DNA from: Spirochaetales bacterium
Lineage (GTDB): Bacteria > Spirochaetota > Spirochaetia > Treponematales > UBA12059
DNA length: 47,971 bases
Assembly: GCA_016928955.1 (NCBI GenBank)
Contig: JAFGJV010000027.1
Coordinates: forward strand, 62,001 to 109,971
Direction of reading: 5' to 3'
A program made the translations under genes and the position numbers. A model generated the notes under the pieces. That model was not told the DNA's origin. It saw only the letters and a program-made list of their open reading frames with translations, and made no database searches. Of this stretch, positions 9,516 to 19,081 are shown piece by piece; within the stretch, counting starts at the first letter, position 1; every line of letters starts with the position of its first letter.

Positions 9516-11570
9516 ATGTCGAATGACACGATACTCATCGTAGAAGACGAGAAGATCATAGCCATTGACCTCCAGAGGCGCCTGGAGCGTTTTGGCTACT
9601 CAGTGGTCGGCATGGCGGGAGAGAGCGACGCGGCCATTACCATGGCCCTTGAGCTCAACCCGTCCATCATCCTCATGGATATCATGCTGAACGGCAGCAA
9701 GCTGGACGGCATCGATACGGCCCTGGCCATCAAGGCCCAACGCGACATACCCTTTATCTTCCTCACGGCCTTCACGGACGAGCGCACCCTGGAGCGCGCC
9801 AAGGCGGTTCAGCCCTACGGCTACATCCTCAAGCCCTTCAAGGAACGGGAAGTCCACACCACCATCGACATTGCCCTGTACAAGCACTCCATAGAGGGCA
9901 AGCTGATGCGGCAGGAACGCCTGTTCAGCGCCATCCTCCACTCCATCAACGACGGCATCGTGGCCACGGACATAGACCTGAACATCCAGTTCATGAACCC
10001 GGTGGCCGAGGACATATCCGGTTTCAAGGAATCCGCGGCCCAGGGCAAGAACATCAGCCAGTTCCTGGTGCTCGCAGACCCCAAAACCCAGGTCAACCTG
10101 CTGACGCAGGCCAGCCAGCTTTCGGAACAGGCCCTGTTCTTCAGCGACGTGACCATTCGCAACGCCCTGGGGCAGAGCCTGGTGGTGGACGGCTCGATCA
10201 CGCGCATCCACGAGCGCGACAACGCCACGGAAGGCTACGTGATCACCCTGCGCGACATAACCGAGCTCAAGCGCCTGTCCGACACCCTGAACTACCAGTC
10301 CAGCCACGACAACCTGACCGGCCTGTCCAACCGAGAGGAATTCAGCTACAAGCTCGGGGAGCTGATCAAAAACGCCAAGCTGACAGGCACGGCCCACGCC
10401 CTGATCGTCATGGACGTGGACAGGTTCAAGGCCGTGAACGACACCTGCGGGGCCATGGCTGGCGACGAGCTCCTGCGGCAGGTTGCCAGCCACATCCAGA
10501 TGAACATCCAGCGCCAGGACATATCCGCGCGCATAGGCGGCGACGAGTTTGCCGTGATTCTGATGAACTGCACGCCGGAAGACAGCGCCAACGTTGCGTC
10601 CCGGCTGCAGGCTGCCGTCCAGCGCCAGCGCTTCATCTGGCAGAACCTGACCTTCCCCGTGTCGCTCAGCGTCGGCATCGTGCCCATCGACCGCGAGGCT
10701 GGGGACATACACAACATCCTGGCGGCCGCGGACGACGCCTGCCACCTTTCCAAGGAGGAAGGCGGTTCCCGCACCACCGTGTTCCACGCCCAGGACAGCA
10801 AATTCCGCCAGCGGCGCGGCGACATGGAATGGATAGGCCGCATCAACCGGGCCGTGGAGGAAAACCGCTTCATCCTGTACTACCAGCCCATCGTGCCGCT
10901 GGGCAAGGGTTCGGCCAAGCCCAAGATCGAAGTGCTCCTGCGCCTGGTCAACGAGGACGGGAGCATAGCCCGCCCGAACGACTTCATACCGGCGGCGGAG
11001 CGCTACAACCTGATGCCGCAGATAGACCGCTGGGTGGTGGAAAATTCCATGCGGGCCTTCCGCCTGCTCCAGGACCAGAAGTCGGCGCTCACGGACAACG
11101 TGTTCTCCGTCAACCTGTCGGGCCCGTCCCTTTTGGACGACGACCTGGTGGAAAGCATACGGTTGCTCGTGCGCAAGTACGCCCTGTCGCCGGCCGATTT
11201 CTGCTTTGAGATCACGGAGACGGCGGCCATACAGAACCTGTCCTACGCCACCCGTTTCATCAACCAGCTGAGGGAAGACGGCTTTACCTTTGCCCTGGAC
11301 GATTTCGGCGCCGGCTTCTCGTCGTTCGGCTACCTGCGCAACCTGCCCGTGGATTACGTCAAGATAGACGGCTCTTTTGTGCAGAACATAGACGAAAGCC
11401 TGGTGAGCTACACCATGGTCGACTCCATCAACGCGATAGGCCATGTAATGGGCCTCAAGACCATAGCCGAGTTCGTCAAGAACGCGTCCATCGTGACCAA
11501 GCTGGAGGAGCTGGGCGTGGACTACGCGCAGGGTTACCACTTCTCCGAGCCAAAACCCATCTTTGGCTGA
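9516..11570 (+). CDS. REC-PAS-GGDEF-EAL c-di-GMP cyclase/phosphodiesterase
   Basis: Receiver motifs (ILIVEDE, ILMDI, FLTA, KPF), PAS (FMNPVAE), RIGGDEF, EVLLR and ALDDFGAGFSS. Confidence 0.93.
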   Translation: MSNDTILIVEDEKIIAIDLQRRLERFGYSVVGMAGESDAAITMALELNPSIILMDIMLNGSKLDGIDTALAIKAQRDIPFIFLTAFTDERTLERAKAVQPYGYILKPFKEREVHTTIDIALYKHSIEGKLMRQERLFSAILHSINDGIVATDIDLNIQFMNPVAEDISGFKESAAQGKNISQFLVLADPKTQVNLLTQASQLSEQALFFSDVTIRNALGQSLVVDGSITRIHERDNATEGYVITLRDITELKRLSDTLNYQSSHDNLTGLSNREEFSYKLGELIKNAKLTGTAHALIVMDVDRFKAVNDTCGAMAGDELLRQVASHIQMNIQRQDISARIGGDEFAVILMNCTPEDSANVASRLQAAVQRQRFIWQNLTFPVSLSVGIVPIDREAGDIHNILAAADDACHLSKEEGGSRTTVFHAQDSKFRQRRGDMEWIGRINRAVEENRFILYYQPIVPLGKGSAKPKIEVLLRLVNEDGSIARPNDFIPAAERYNLMPQIDRWVVENSMRAFRLLQDQKSALTDNVFSVNLSGPSLLDDDLVESIRLLVRKYALSPADFCFEITETAAIQNLSYATRFINQLREDGFTFALDDFGAGFSSFGYLRNLPVDYVKIDGSFVQNIDESLVSYTMVDSINAIGHVMGLKTIAEFVKNASIVTKLEELGVDYAQGYHFSEPKPIFG

Positions 11571-11710
11571 GCGGCCTTACTGCGTGTTCCGGCGACGCGG
11601 CGAGCTCCAGGCGCCGTGACCGACGGGCGCGCGCATCTATAGAAAGCCGGGCGTTTTTGGCCGAACGCATAGGGAACTTCTACTAGCCCTAGGGGTATTA
11701 GATAATTCCC

Positions 11711-13834
11711 TTATATCTCGAACAGAAGCCGCCGGTAGTCAGGCCACGGCCAGTGCTCGGGCGGCACCAGGCGCTCAAGGGCGTCCGCCGCGGCCCTCAG
11801 GTCGCCCATGGCCGGCACCAGGGCCGTCCTGCACACGGACGCCTCTTCCGCGGGGTCATCCAGGCCGGACACGCCCGCAAGGGCCCGCTCGAGCACGGTC
11901 GCCGCGCTGTCCACGGAGTCCAGGGCCGTTGACAGCGCCTTGGACAGACGCTCGGCCGCCCTGGACGGGCACCCTGCCCTGCCGGCCGCATCGGCGGCGG
12001 AAGCCGCGTGCCTGAGTTCCGAGCAGGCCGCCTGGATGGCTCCCCGCCTGACCATGTCCAGCATGGTGGCCGCCTCTATCCGCACCCGCTTGGCGTAACG
12101 CTCCAGCTTGATGTGGTGTATGGCCCGCGCCTCGTCCTTGGTGAGCACGGCAGTCGACTCAAGCATGGCAATGTTGTCGGCGTCCAGCCAGGCGGCCAGG
12201 GCCGAGGGCGAATCCGGCAGGTTGGGTAGGCCACGCTTGGCCGCCTCAGCCCGCCACTCCGCGGAATAGCCGTTGCCGTTGAACACCACCCTGCCGTGCT
12301 CGCGCCATATACCGCCGACAGCGGCAACCATGGCCGCCGAACGGTCCTCTGAGCGCTCCAGCTCGTCGGCCAGCTCGGACAGGCTTTCCGCCACGGCCGC
12401 GTTGAGCACGGCCACGGACGCGGATATGGATTCCCCCGAGGGTGCCATGCGGAACTCGAACTTGTCGCCGGTAAAGGCAAAGGGGCTGGTGCGGTTGCGG
12501 TCGGACAGGTCCTTGGGCAGGCGCGGCAGGGGCGTATGGCCCATCACGATGTGCTCGCTGGAGCCACCCCCGGGAGCGTCGCCCCGGGACAGGCGCGACA
12601 GGACGTCCGACAGCTGGTCGCCCAGAAACACCGACACGATGGCCGGGGGTGCCTCGTTGGCGCCCAGGCGAAGGTCGTTGCCTGCGCTGGCCACCGTGGC
12701 CCGGAGAATGGTCGCGTAGCGGTCAACCGCCCGCACCACGGCCGCCAGGAACACCAGAAAGCGCGCGTTGGTACGGGGATTGGGCCCTGGATCCAGCAGG
12801 TTGGTGCCGTCGTCGGCGGCCAGGGACCAGTTGATATGCTTGCCAGAGCCGTTGACCCCGGCAAAGGGTTTCTCGTGCAGGAGGGCCGCCAGGTTGTGGC
12901 GGTCCGCAACCTTGCCCAGGGTTTCCATGACCAGCTGGTTGTCGTCGGCCGCCAGGTTGGCCGTTGAGTATACTGTTGCCAGCTCAAACTGGTTGGGCGC
13001 CACCTCCTTGTGCTGGGTCTTGGCCGACACTCCCAGGCGCCACAGCTCGTAGTTCAATTCCCGCATGAAACCGGCAACCCGCTCGGGTATCTGGCCGTAG
13101 TAGTGCTCCTCCAGCTCCTGCCCCTTGGGCGGCGGCGCGCCTATCAGGGTGCGGCCAGCCAGGGCAAGGTCCGGCCTCCGCCCATACAGCTCCTTCTCTA
13201 TGAGGAAGTACTCCTGTTCGGCCCCTACCGTGGGCCACACGCGGGTTGCCCCGTCCTGGCCTATGGCCTTGAGCACCCTGAGCGCCGCACCGCCAACCGC
13301 GTCCATGGACCGCAGGAGCGGGACCTTCTCGTCCAGGGCCTCGCCGTTGTATGACACAAAGGCCGTGGGAATATAGAGGGTCAGCCCGGCCATGTCGTCC
13401 TTAAGGAAGGCTGGACTGGTGGTGTCCCAGGCCGTGTAGCCCCTGGCCTCAAAGGTGGCCCGCAGGCCCCCGGAAGGAAAGCTGGATGCGTCGGACTCGC
13501 CCTTGACCAGGGCCTTGCCGGAAAACTCCATCAGCGTGCCGCCGTCCGGATTCGGCCGTATAAATGCGTCGTGCTTTTCCGCCGTACGGCCGGTGAGCGG
13601 CTGGAACCAGTGGGTGTAATGCGTGGCCCCATGCTCCAGGGCCCAGTCCTTCATGGCGTTGGCCACCACCTCTGCCGTGGCCGCGGACAGCTCGCGCTCG
13701 CCCAGCTGGACGCGCTTGAGCTCGTCGTACACGCTGCGCGGCAAACGCTCGCGCATGGCCCGGTCGTCAAAACGGTTTTCCCCGTAGGTGGCTGACAGGG
13801 ACTTGGCACGGTAGTCGATTTCGCGGCGCTTCAT
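11711..13834 (-). CDS. glnN: Glutamine synthetase type III
   Basis: 707 aa; THWFQPLTG, EKHDAF, SSFPSGGLRATFEARGYTAWD, EQEYFL, HEKPFAGVNGSGKH and DRNRTSPFAFTGDKFEFR; SD GGGAGG. Confidence 0.95.
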   Translation of the reverse strand: MKRREIDYRAKSLSATYGENRFDDRAMRERLPRSVYDELKRVQLGERELSAATAEVVANAMKDWALEHGATHYTHWFQPLTGRTAEKHDAFIRPNPDGGTLMEFSGKALVKGESDASSFPSGGLRATFEARGYTAWDTTSPAFLKDDMAGLTLYIPTAFVSYNGEALDEKVPLLRSMDAVGGAALRVLKAIGQDGATRVWPTVGAEQEYFLIEKELYGRRPDLALAGRTLIGAPPPKGQELEEHYYGQIPERVAGFMRELNYELWRLGVSAKTQHKEVAPNQFELATVYSTANLAADDNQLVMETLGKVADRHNLAALLHEKPFAGVNGSGKHINWSLAADDGTNLLDPGPNPRTNARFLVFLAAVVRAVDRYATILRATVASAGNDLRLGANEAPPAIVSVFLGDQLSDVLSRLSRGDAPGGGSSEHIVMGHTPLPRLPKDLSDRNRTSPFAFTGDKFEFRMAPSGESISASVAVLNAAVAESLSELADELERSEDRSAAMVAAVGGIWREHGRVVFNGNGYSAEWRAEAAKRGLPNLPDSPSALAAWLDADNIAMLESTAVLTKDEARAIHHIKLERYAKRVRIEAATMLDMVRRGAIQAACSELRHAASAADAAGRAGCPSRAAERLSKALSTALDSVDSAATVLERALAGVSGLDDPAEEASVCRTALVPAMGDLRAAADALERLVPPEHWPWPDYRRLLFEI

Positions 13835-13855
13835 GGAGCCCTCCCGGGCAAAATA

Positions 13856-14728
13856 TTACTCTGGCTGTACGCGGTACTTCCTGACAAAGCCGACCGGGCG
13901 GTAGGTCATCTTGGCCTGCCTGAGGCCCTCGTCGCCAAGATCCTGCTCGCGGTTGACGTATTTGAAATACGGCGGCAGGGCTTGGGCAAAGGCCTGGTTG
14001 ATGAACTGGTATATGCCCTTGTAGCCCCCGGCCGCCTTCTCGAAATGCACGGCGAACATGCGGGCCTTGGCCAGGGGCTCGCCCAGGGCGTAGCCGGCGG
14101 GTTTGCCGTCAACGTAATACACGGTCCCCCGCATGCCAAGCTCCCGGTACAGGTCCAGGGCCTCACGGGCGGCCTTGAAGTCGCCGTCCTCGCCTTTTTC
14201 GTCGCGCCAGCGCTCCAGCACCGTGATGGCGTCCGCCACGGTTGCCTGGTCCAGGCCTTTCTGCTCGTAGGAGTAGGAATTGATGAAGGCGTTCACCAGG
14301 TTGCGTTTTTTGTGGTAGGTCTTGCCGGACAGCTCTGCCAGGTCATGCCGGTTGTACAGGTAGTCAAAATTGTCGCGGTCCTCGTGCACGGCAAAGCCTG
14401 CCGCTTCCAGGTGGATGCGCTCTTTCAGGCACTGCGTCTCTGCCATGTTCTTGAGGTAGGCGTGGTCAAGGAGGAGTTCCTTCAGGGTGTTGAGGGGCGG
14501 CACGCAGCAGGGCGCCATGAAAAAGCGCTGGCCGTCCTTGGAGCCCGATATGAGGAAGGTGTGGCCACTGAGGTGGGACGCCGTGTAGCCGTAGACGTGG
14601 CGAAACAGGAAGAGATTCGAGAAGGTGAATTCCGACACGCCGTCCGCAAGGAGGTTGAGGGCCGGATACAGTTCGTCGCGCATGTCCAGGGTAAGGGGCG
14701 CGAACTCCGGATATTCGGGGATTTTCAT
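13856..14728 (-). CDS. DUF2156 / aminoacyl-phosphatidylglycerol synthase C-terminal (GNAT-like) domain protein, stand-alone
   Basis: EDRDNFDYLY, LSGKTYHKKRNLVNAF, VHFEKA and YVNREQDLGDEGLRQAKMTYRP motifs; start MKIPEY chosen from the adjacent -10 element. Confidence 0.85.
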   Translation of the reverse strand: MKIPEYPEFAPLTLDMRDELYPALNLLADGVSEFTFSNLFLFRHVYGYTASHLSGHTFLISGSKDGQRFFMAPCCVPPLNTLKELLLDHAYLKNMAETQCLKERIHLEAAGFAVHEDRDNFDYLYNRHDLAELSGKTYHKKRNLVNAFINSYSYEQKGLDQATVADAITVLERWRDEKGEDGDFKAAREALDLYRELGMRGTVYYVDGKPAGYALGEPLAKARMFAVHFEKAAGGYKGIYQFINQAFAQALPPYFKYVNREQDLGDEGLRQAKMTYRPVGFVRKYRVQPE

Positions 14729-14734
14729 GACGGA

Positions 14735-14764
14735 ACTATAGCGGTAAGCCGGGGGAAGAATCAA
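14735..14764 (-). promoter_or_regulatory. Sigma-70-type promoter, probably leaderless, for DUF2156-glnN
   Basis: TTGATT-18-TATAGT, 6 nt before ATG 14728, with no SD. Confidence 0.55.
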
Positions 14765-14786
14765 CAAAAACGACACTGGTTTCTCC

Positions 14787-14819
14787 AAAAAAGTACGGCG
14801 GCCCGGGTTGGGCCGCCGT
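14787..14819 (-). terminator. Intrinsic terminator after the OmpA/FlgD-Ig gene
   Basis: ACGGCGGCCC/GGGCCGCCGT stem followed by ACTTTTTT on the minus strand. Confidence 0.75.
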
Positions 14820-14862
14820 TTGTGGTGAGCCTGGCGCCCCACTGGGCGCCCTGCCTTGCACG

Positions 14863-17800
14863 CTACTCCTTGAGCAGGATGAACTCCACGCGCCGGTTTT
14901 TCCAGCGGTTCTCGGCGTCCGTGAAGCTGACCACCGGCTCGCTGGATCCGAGGCCGCGCACGGACAGGCGCCGCGCGTCCACCCCGTACTCGATGAGCTT
15001 GTCCATGACCGCCTTGGCGCGGTTGAGCGACAAGTCCAGCACCTCTCGCTCCTCACGGTCTATGGCCGCCTGGCCGGCGCCGGTCATCTTGGCCACCGAG
15101 TTGGCGTGGCCTTCCACCCGGATCTTGTAGTCCTTGAAACGGTTGAGGATGGCGGCTATGCGCTTGAGCACTTCCTCGTTGCGGGCCACCACGTCGGCCG
15201 GCAGGTTCTTGAAGTCGAAAAAGTCCGGCCGGAACACGATGGACGGCACCTTGATCTTGAGACGGTCGCCGTCACGGATCACAAGGACGTCCACCGATAT
15301 GACGCCTTCAGCCACGCTCTTGTTGCCCCACGCGTCCTGGATGCTGAAGCGGTACACGTAATCGGTGGCCGCCTCCACCAGCTCGCCGCGCTGTGAGCGT
15401 CCGTCCCAGGTCAGGCGCTCGGCCGGCCGGCCTCTGCCGTTCCAGCTGAAGAACAGGCGTTCCTTGCGGTCGCCCGAGCCTTCCTGCACGGCCACCTCGT
15501 AGATATCAAAGCGCCAGGTATCCAGGGCGCTCAGGTCGGCCACGCCCAGGCTCACCTTGAGTTCGTCGTCAACGCCGTCGTTGTCCGGGCTGAAGTATCG
15601 CGGTCCCACGGACAGCGACAGGCGCGGGCCTTCCGAATCCAGGGTAAAGGCTGCCGTCTTGGCTTCCGCCCGGTCGCCCTTGCGGTAGTCAACGGTCAGC
15701 ACGGCCGTGTACTGGCCCTGCACCACGGCGCCGTCGTCGCCCTTGCCGTCCCAGGTGAGCTTGGCCGGCAAGGATGCTATGGCAGTGCCGGACAGGGTCT
15801 TGCGGGCAGCGCCGGACGCGTCCACAAAGGCCAGGCGCCAGGATGCCACGCCGTCCTTCTGGTTGACGATGGAGCTGACGCTCAGGGTGTCCGCCACGCC
15901 GTCGCCGTTGGGGCTGAAGCCCTCCGCCGCCGCGGTGACAAAGACCTGCACCTGCCGGTTGTCAACGCCTATGCCGCTGACCGTCTTCTCCGCCCGGTTG
16001 CCGGCTGCGTCTTCCGAGTGGACTACGTAGCGATAGGTACCGTCCGGCACCACGTTGCCGTTGGCGTCCTTGCCGTCCCATTCCAGGGCCGTTGCCTGGT
16101 CGCGCCACGACCACACGCGCACGGCCTTGCCGGCCGCGTTGTACACGGTACCCGTCCACGAGTCGCCGGCCGCTGAGCTCTGGCCTATGGTCAGGCTGTC
16201 CTTGCGGCCGTCGCCGTTCGGGCTGAACAGCGTGTCGTCGGCGCTTACCGTTATGGACGGGGCCACCGTGTCCAGGGTCAGCTCCACGGAACGGGCCGTC
16301 TCCACCTCGTCGGTGGTGTAGCGGACCTCGAGCACGGCCAGGTAGCTGCCGTCGGGCGCCTTCTGCCCGGCGTCGGTCTTGCCGTCCCACAGCACGCGGG
16401 CGCTCGGCGCGGCCGTGCCCTTGAACACGCGCACGGGGTTGCCGTCGGGTCCCGCTATGGACAGGGTCCAGTCCCGCACGCGGGACGCCGACTGGACGTC
16501 AGGCTGTATGGCCACCGTGTCGCTCGTGCCGTCGCCGTTGGGGCTGAAGGCCCGCCGGTCCAGGGCAAGTCGCACGGCCTTTTTCTCCGTGTCCACCAGG
16601 ATTGCCGGAGTAGACACCTGGGTCTTGTTGCCCGCCTTGTCCACGGCGGACAGGCGGTATATGTACTGGCCGTCGGGCACCGTGGCGCCCGCGTCGTCGG
16701 AACCGTCCCAGGTGAGTTTCTGGTCGGGCTGGCCGATGAAATTCCAGGTCTTGACCGCCGTGCCCTCCGCGTTGAGCACCTGGCCCTGCCAGGCCTCTTC
16801 TTCCGAGCCCGACTGGCTGATGGTGACCAGGGCGCGCACGTCGCCCAGGGGATTGAAGGCCTGTCGGTCGGAACTGGCCTTGGCTGTGGGCGGGCTCAGG
16901 TCTATGACAAAGTCCGGCGACCATACCGTGGGCGTGTGGCCGTTCACGTACTTGGCCACCAGCTGGGTGCGGTAGGTGCCTTCGGGCAGGGCGGCCCCGG
17001 AGGCGTCCTTGCCGTCAAACCGGTAGTCGGTCTCCAGGCTGTTCTCTCCGGTGCCGGTCACGGTCCAGCGTTCCTTGCCTGCGGCGTCTACCACCGCCAA
17101 GGACCAGGATGCAAGGCCCGTCCTGACCGGCACGCTGGGGCTCAGGGTCAGGGCGTCCTTGACGCCGTCCGCGTTGGGGCTGAAGGCGCCCAGGTCTATG
17201 GTCACGGACACGGGGGGCTGCTGGGTGTTGACGATGATGTTGTCCACCTTGGCCGAACCGGCGTTGCCGGCGCGGTCCACCGCCGCCACGCGATATCCGT
17301 ATACGCCGTCAGGCACGATCTGGCCGGCTTCGTTCTTGCCGTCCCAGGCCAGGGCGCCCACGTCCGCGCTCTTGATTTCCCAGGTCCTGATGACGGTGCC
17401 GGTAGCGTCCACCACTTCGGCCGTCCACAGGTCCTCGGAGCTGGACACGTGGTTGATGCCCAGGCTGTCCTTGTTGCCGTCGCCGTCCGGGCTGAAGATA
17501 GGCGTATCAGCCCCTGCCGACGGGGTGGCGGCCACCGTTGGCGGGGTGTTGTCCACCACCACGGTGTAGCGCTCGGTCACGGCTTGGTTGCCGTTGTCGT
17601 CTTCCGCTTCTATCACAAAGGTGTACGTACCGTCCGGCACGGTCTGGCCGGAGTCGGCAAGGCCGTTCCACACCAGCTCCTCGGGCACGGGCACGCCCTT
17701 CTTGACATACACAAGCCGCTTCCAGAAACCAGAGAAGCTCTCGCTCTCAGGGCGGCTTTCCTTGTTGGCTATGGAGCGCACGAGCTCGCCCTTGTCGTCG

Positions 17801-18966
17801 TAGATTTTCAGGGCAAAACCCTGCACAAAGCGCTGGTCTTCTATCTTGACGGGCAGCACCAGACCGTCCTTGGCTCCGTCAGCGTTGGGGCTGATGTACG
17901 CCGTTTCCGGGTAGCCCGGGTTCACTTTGGGCGGCGAGCGGTCTATCACGCCCAGCGGCATGTTGATGCCCGCGGCAAAGCCCCAGATGTCGTTGTACAG
18001 CTGGTGGGCCGCCAAGGACGGCCGGATTTCGGAGCGGTCCCAGGGCTGGGCTTCCCCGCCCTCGGGTGTGGTGCGGTCCACCGAGAAGCTGGCGCCAAGG
18101 CCAAAGCTGGGCAAGAGGCCCTGGTCGGCGCCCGCGATTGCTTCGCGCAGGTTGAAATCCCAGCCAAAGCGGAGGAAGACCGTATCTTTCCAGTCTATCT
18201 GCATGCCCGTGGAGAACACCAGGTTCTGGAAGGTGGGAAACCAGAAATCCACGTTGGCAGCCAGGGTCAGGCCCGCCTTGTCCGAGCGCAGGAGGTCCGC
18301 GGACACCCCTATGGCAGGCGTATAGGCTGAATCGTAGCCGTTGGCGCCCACGGTTCCGGACATGCCGGGCACGGACGGCGTTTCAAAGGGCATGCCCAGG
18401 TTTCGTATGGCAAGGCCCCAGCGCAGGTCCTTGAGAAAGCCCACGTCGCCGGCCAGGCCCTGTATGCCCAGGTCGGCGGCCAGGCCCCAGCCCAATCCGT
18501 CATTGGAGCCCACGGCAAAGTCCACGGCCATGCCCAGGTACAGGTTGGGGTACACGTCCTTGGCCAGGCCCACGCGGGCGGTCAGGACCGAGCCTATGGG
18601 TATGGAGGAGAAGGGCGACGATATGAAGCCCACGTAGCCCGACCACACCCCGTAGTTCTGGGGCACGGCTATGCCCGCGTTGATGGCGCTGCCCCAGCCT
18701 TGTTCCGCGCCAAGGCCCAGAAGGGCCGTGTAGCTGGCGTCCAGCGTGGTGCGCTGGAGACCGCCGGAGGCTGCCGGGTTGAGGAGCTCGGCCATGGGAG
18801 CGTCTCCCGACGATACGGACATCCAGCCCGACAGGAACACCGGCGAATAGAGGAAGGCCAACGCGTCCCCGCCAACAGGCGGATCAAACGCGAACGCCGG
18901 GGAAAGGGCGGACAATGCCATGGCAAGGGCCGCTAATCGGGGAAGAATCTTCCATTTTGAGGTCAT
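14863..18966 (-). CDS. Large secreted protein: putative beta-barrel N-terminus, about 8 FlgD-Ig/CHU_C-like repeats, C-terminal OmpA peptidoglycan-binding domain
   Basis: Signal peptide (…ALSPAFA); repeated FSPNGDG…WDG…G..PDG.Y units; OmpA_C motifs IRVEGHAN, LSLNRAKAV and KNRRVEF; SD GGAGG before ATG 18966. Confidence 0.85.
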   Translation of the reverse strand: MTSKWKILPRLAALAMALSALSPAFAFDPPVGGDALAFLYSPVFLSGWMSVSSGDAPMAELLNPAASGGLQRTTLDASYTALLGLGAEQGWGSAINAGIAVPQNYGVWSGYVGFISSPFSSIPIGSVLTARVGLAKDVYPNLYLGMAVDFAVGSNDGLGWGLAADLGIQGLAGDVGFLKDLRWGLAIRNLGMPFETPSVPGMSGTVGANGYDSAYTPAIGVSADLLRSDKAGLTLAANVDFWFPTFQNLVFSTGMQIDWKDTVFLRFGWDFNLREAIAGADQGLLPSFGLGASFSVDRTTPEGGEAQPWDRSEIRPSLAAHQLYNDIWGFAAGINMPLGVIDRSPPKVNPGYPETAYISPNADGAKDGLVLPVKIEDQRFVQGFALKIYDDKGELVRSIANKESRPESESFSGFWKRLVYVKKGVPVPEELVWNGLADSGQTVPDGTYTFVIEAEDDNGNQAVTERYTVVVDNTPPTVAATPSAGADTPIFSPDGDGNKDSLGINHVSSSEDLWTAEVVDATGTVIRTWEIKSADVGALAWDGKNEAGQIVPDGVYGYRVAAVDRAGNAGSAKVDNIIVNTQQPPVSVTIDLGAFSPNADGVKDALTLSPSVPVRTGLASWSLAVVDAAGKERWTVTGTGENSLETDYRFDGKDASGAALPEGTYRTQLVAKYVNGHTPTVWSPDFVIDLSPPTAKASSDRQAFNPLGDVRALVTISQSGSEEEAWQGQVLNAEGTAVKTWNFIGQPDQKLTWDGSDDAGATVPDGQYIYRLSAVDKAGNKTQVSTPAILVDTEKKAVRLALDRRAFSPNGDGTSDTVAIQPDVQSASRVRDWTLSIAGPDGNPVRVFKGTAAPSARVLWDGKTDAGQKAPDGSYLAVLEVRYTTDEVETARSVELTLDTVAPSITVSADDTLFSPNGDGRKDSLTIGQSSAAGDSWTGTVYNAAGKAVRVWSWRDQATALEWDGKDANGNVVPDGTYRYVVHSEDAAGNRAEKTVSGIGVDNRQVQVFVTAAAEGFSPNGDGVADTLSVSSIVNQKDGVASWRLAFVDASGAARKTLSGTAIASLPAKLTWDGKGDDGAVVQGQYTAVLTVDYRKGDRAEAKTAAFTLDSEGPRLSLSVGPRYFSPDNDGVDDELKVSLGVADLSALDTWRFDIYEVAVQEGSGDRKERLFFSWNGRGRPAERLTWDGRSQRGELVEAATDYVYRFSIQDAWGNKSVAEGVISVDVLVIRDGDRLKIKVPSIVFRPDFFDFKNLPADVVARNEEVLKRIAAILNRFKDYKIRVEGHANSVAKMTGAGQAAIDREEREVLDLSLNRAKAVMDKLIEYGVDARRLSVRGLGSSEPVVSFTDAENRWKNRRVEFILLKE

Positions 18967-19081
18967 GAACACGCCTCCGGTACAAGGGGTCATTGTATTA
19001 CTGCTAGAAGTATACCGCGAATTCTTCAAAAAGGTTAGCCAGCGGCCAAAATAGTCGCCCGCTTTTTCCAGGAAGCGCGGT

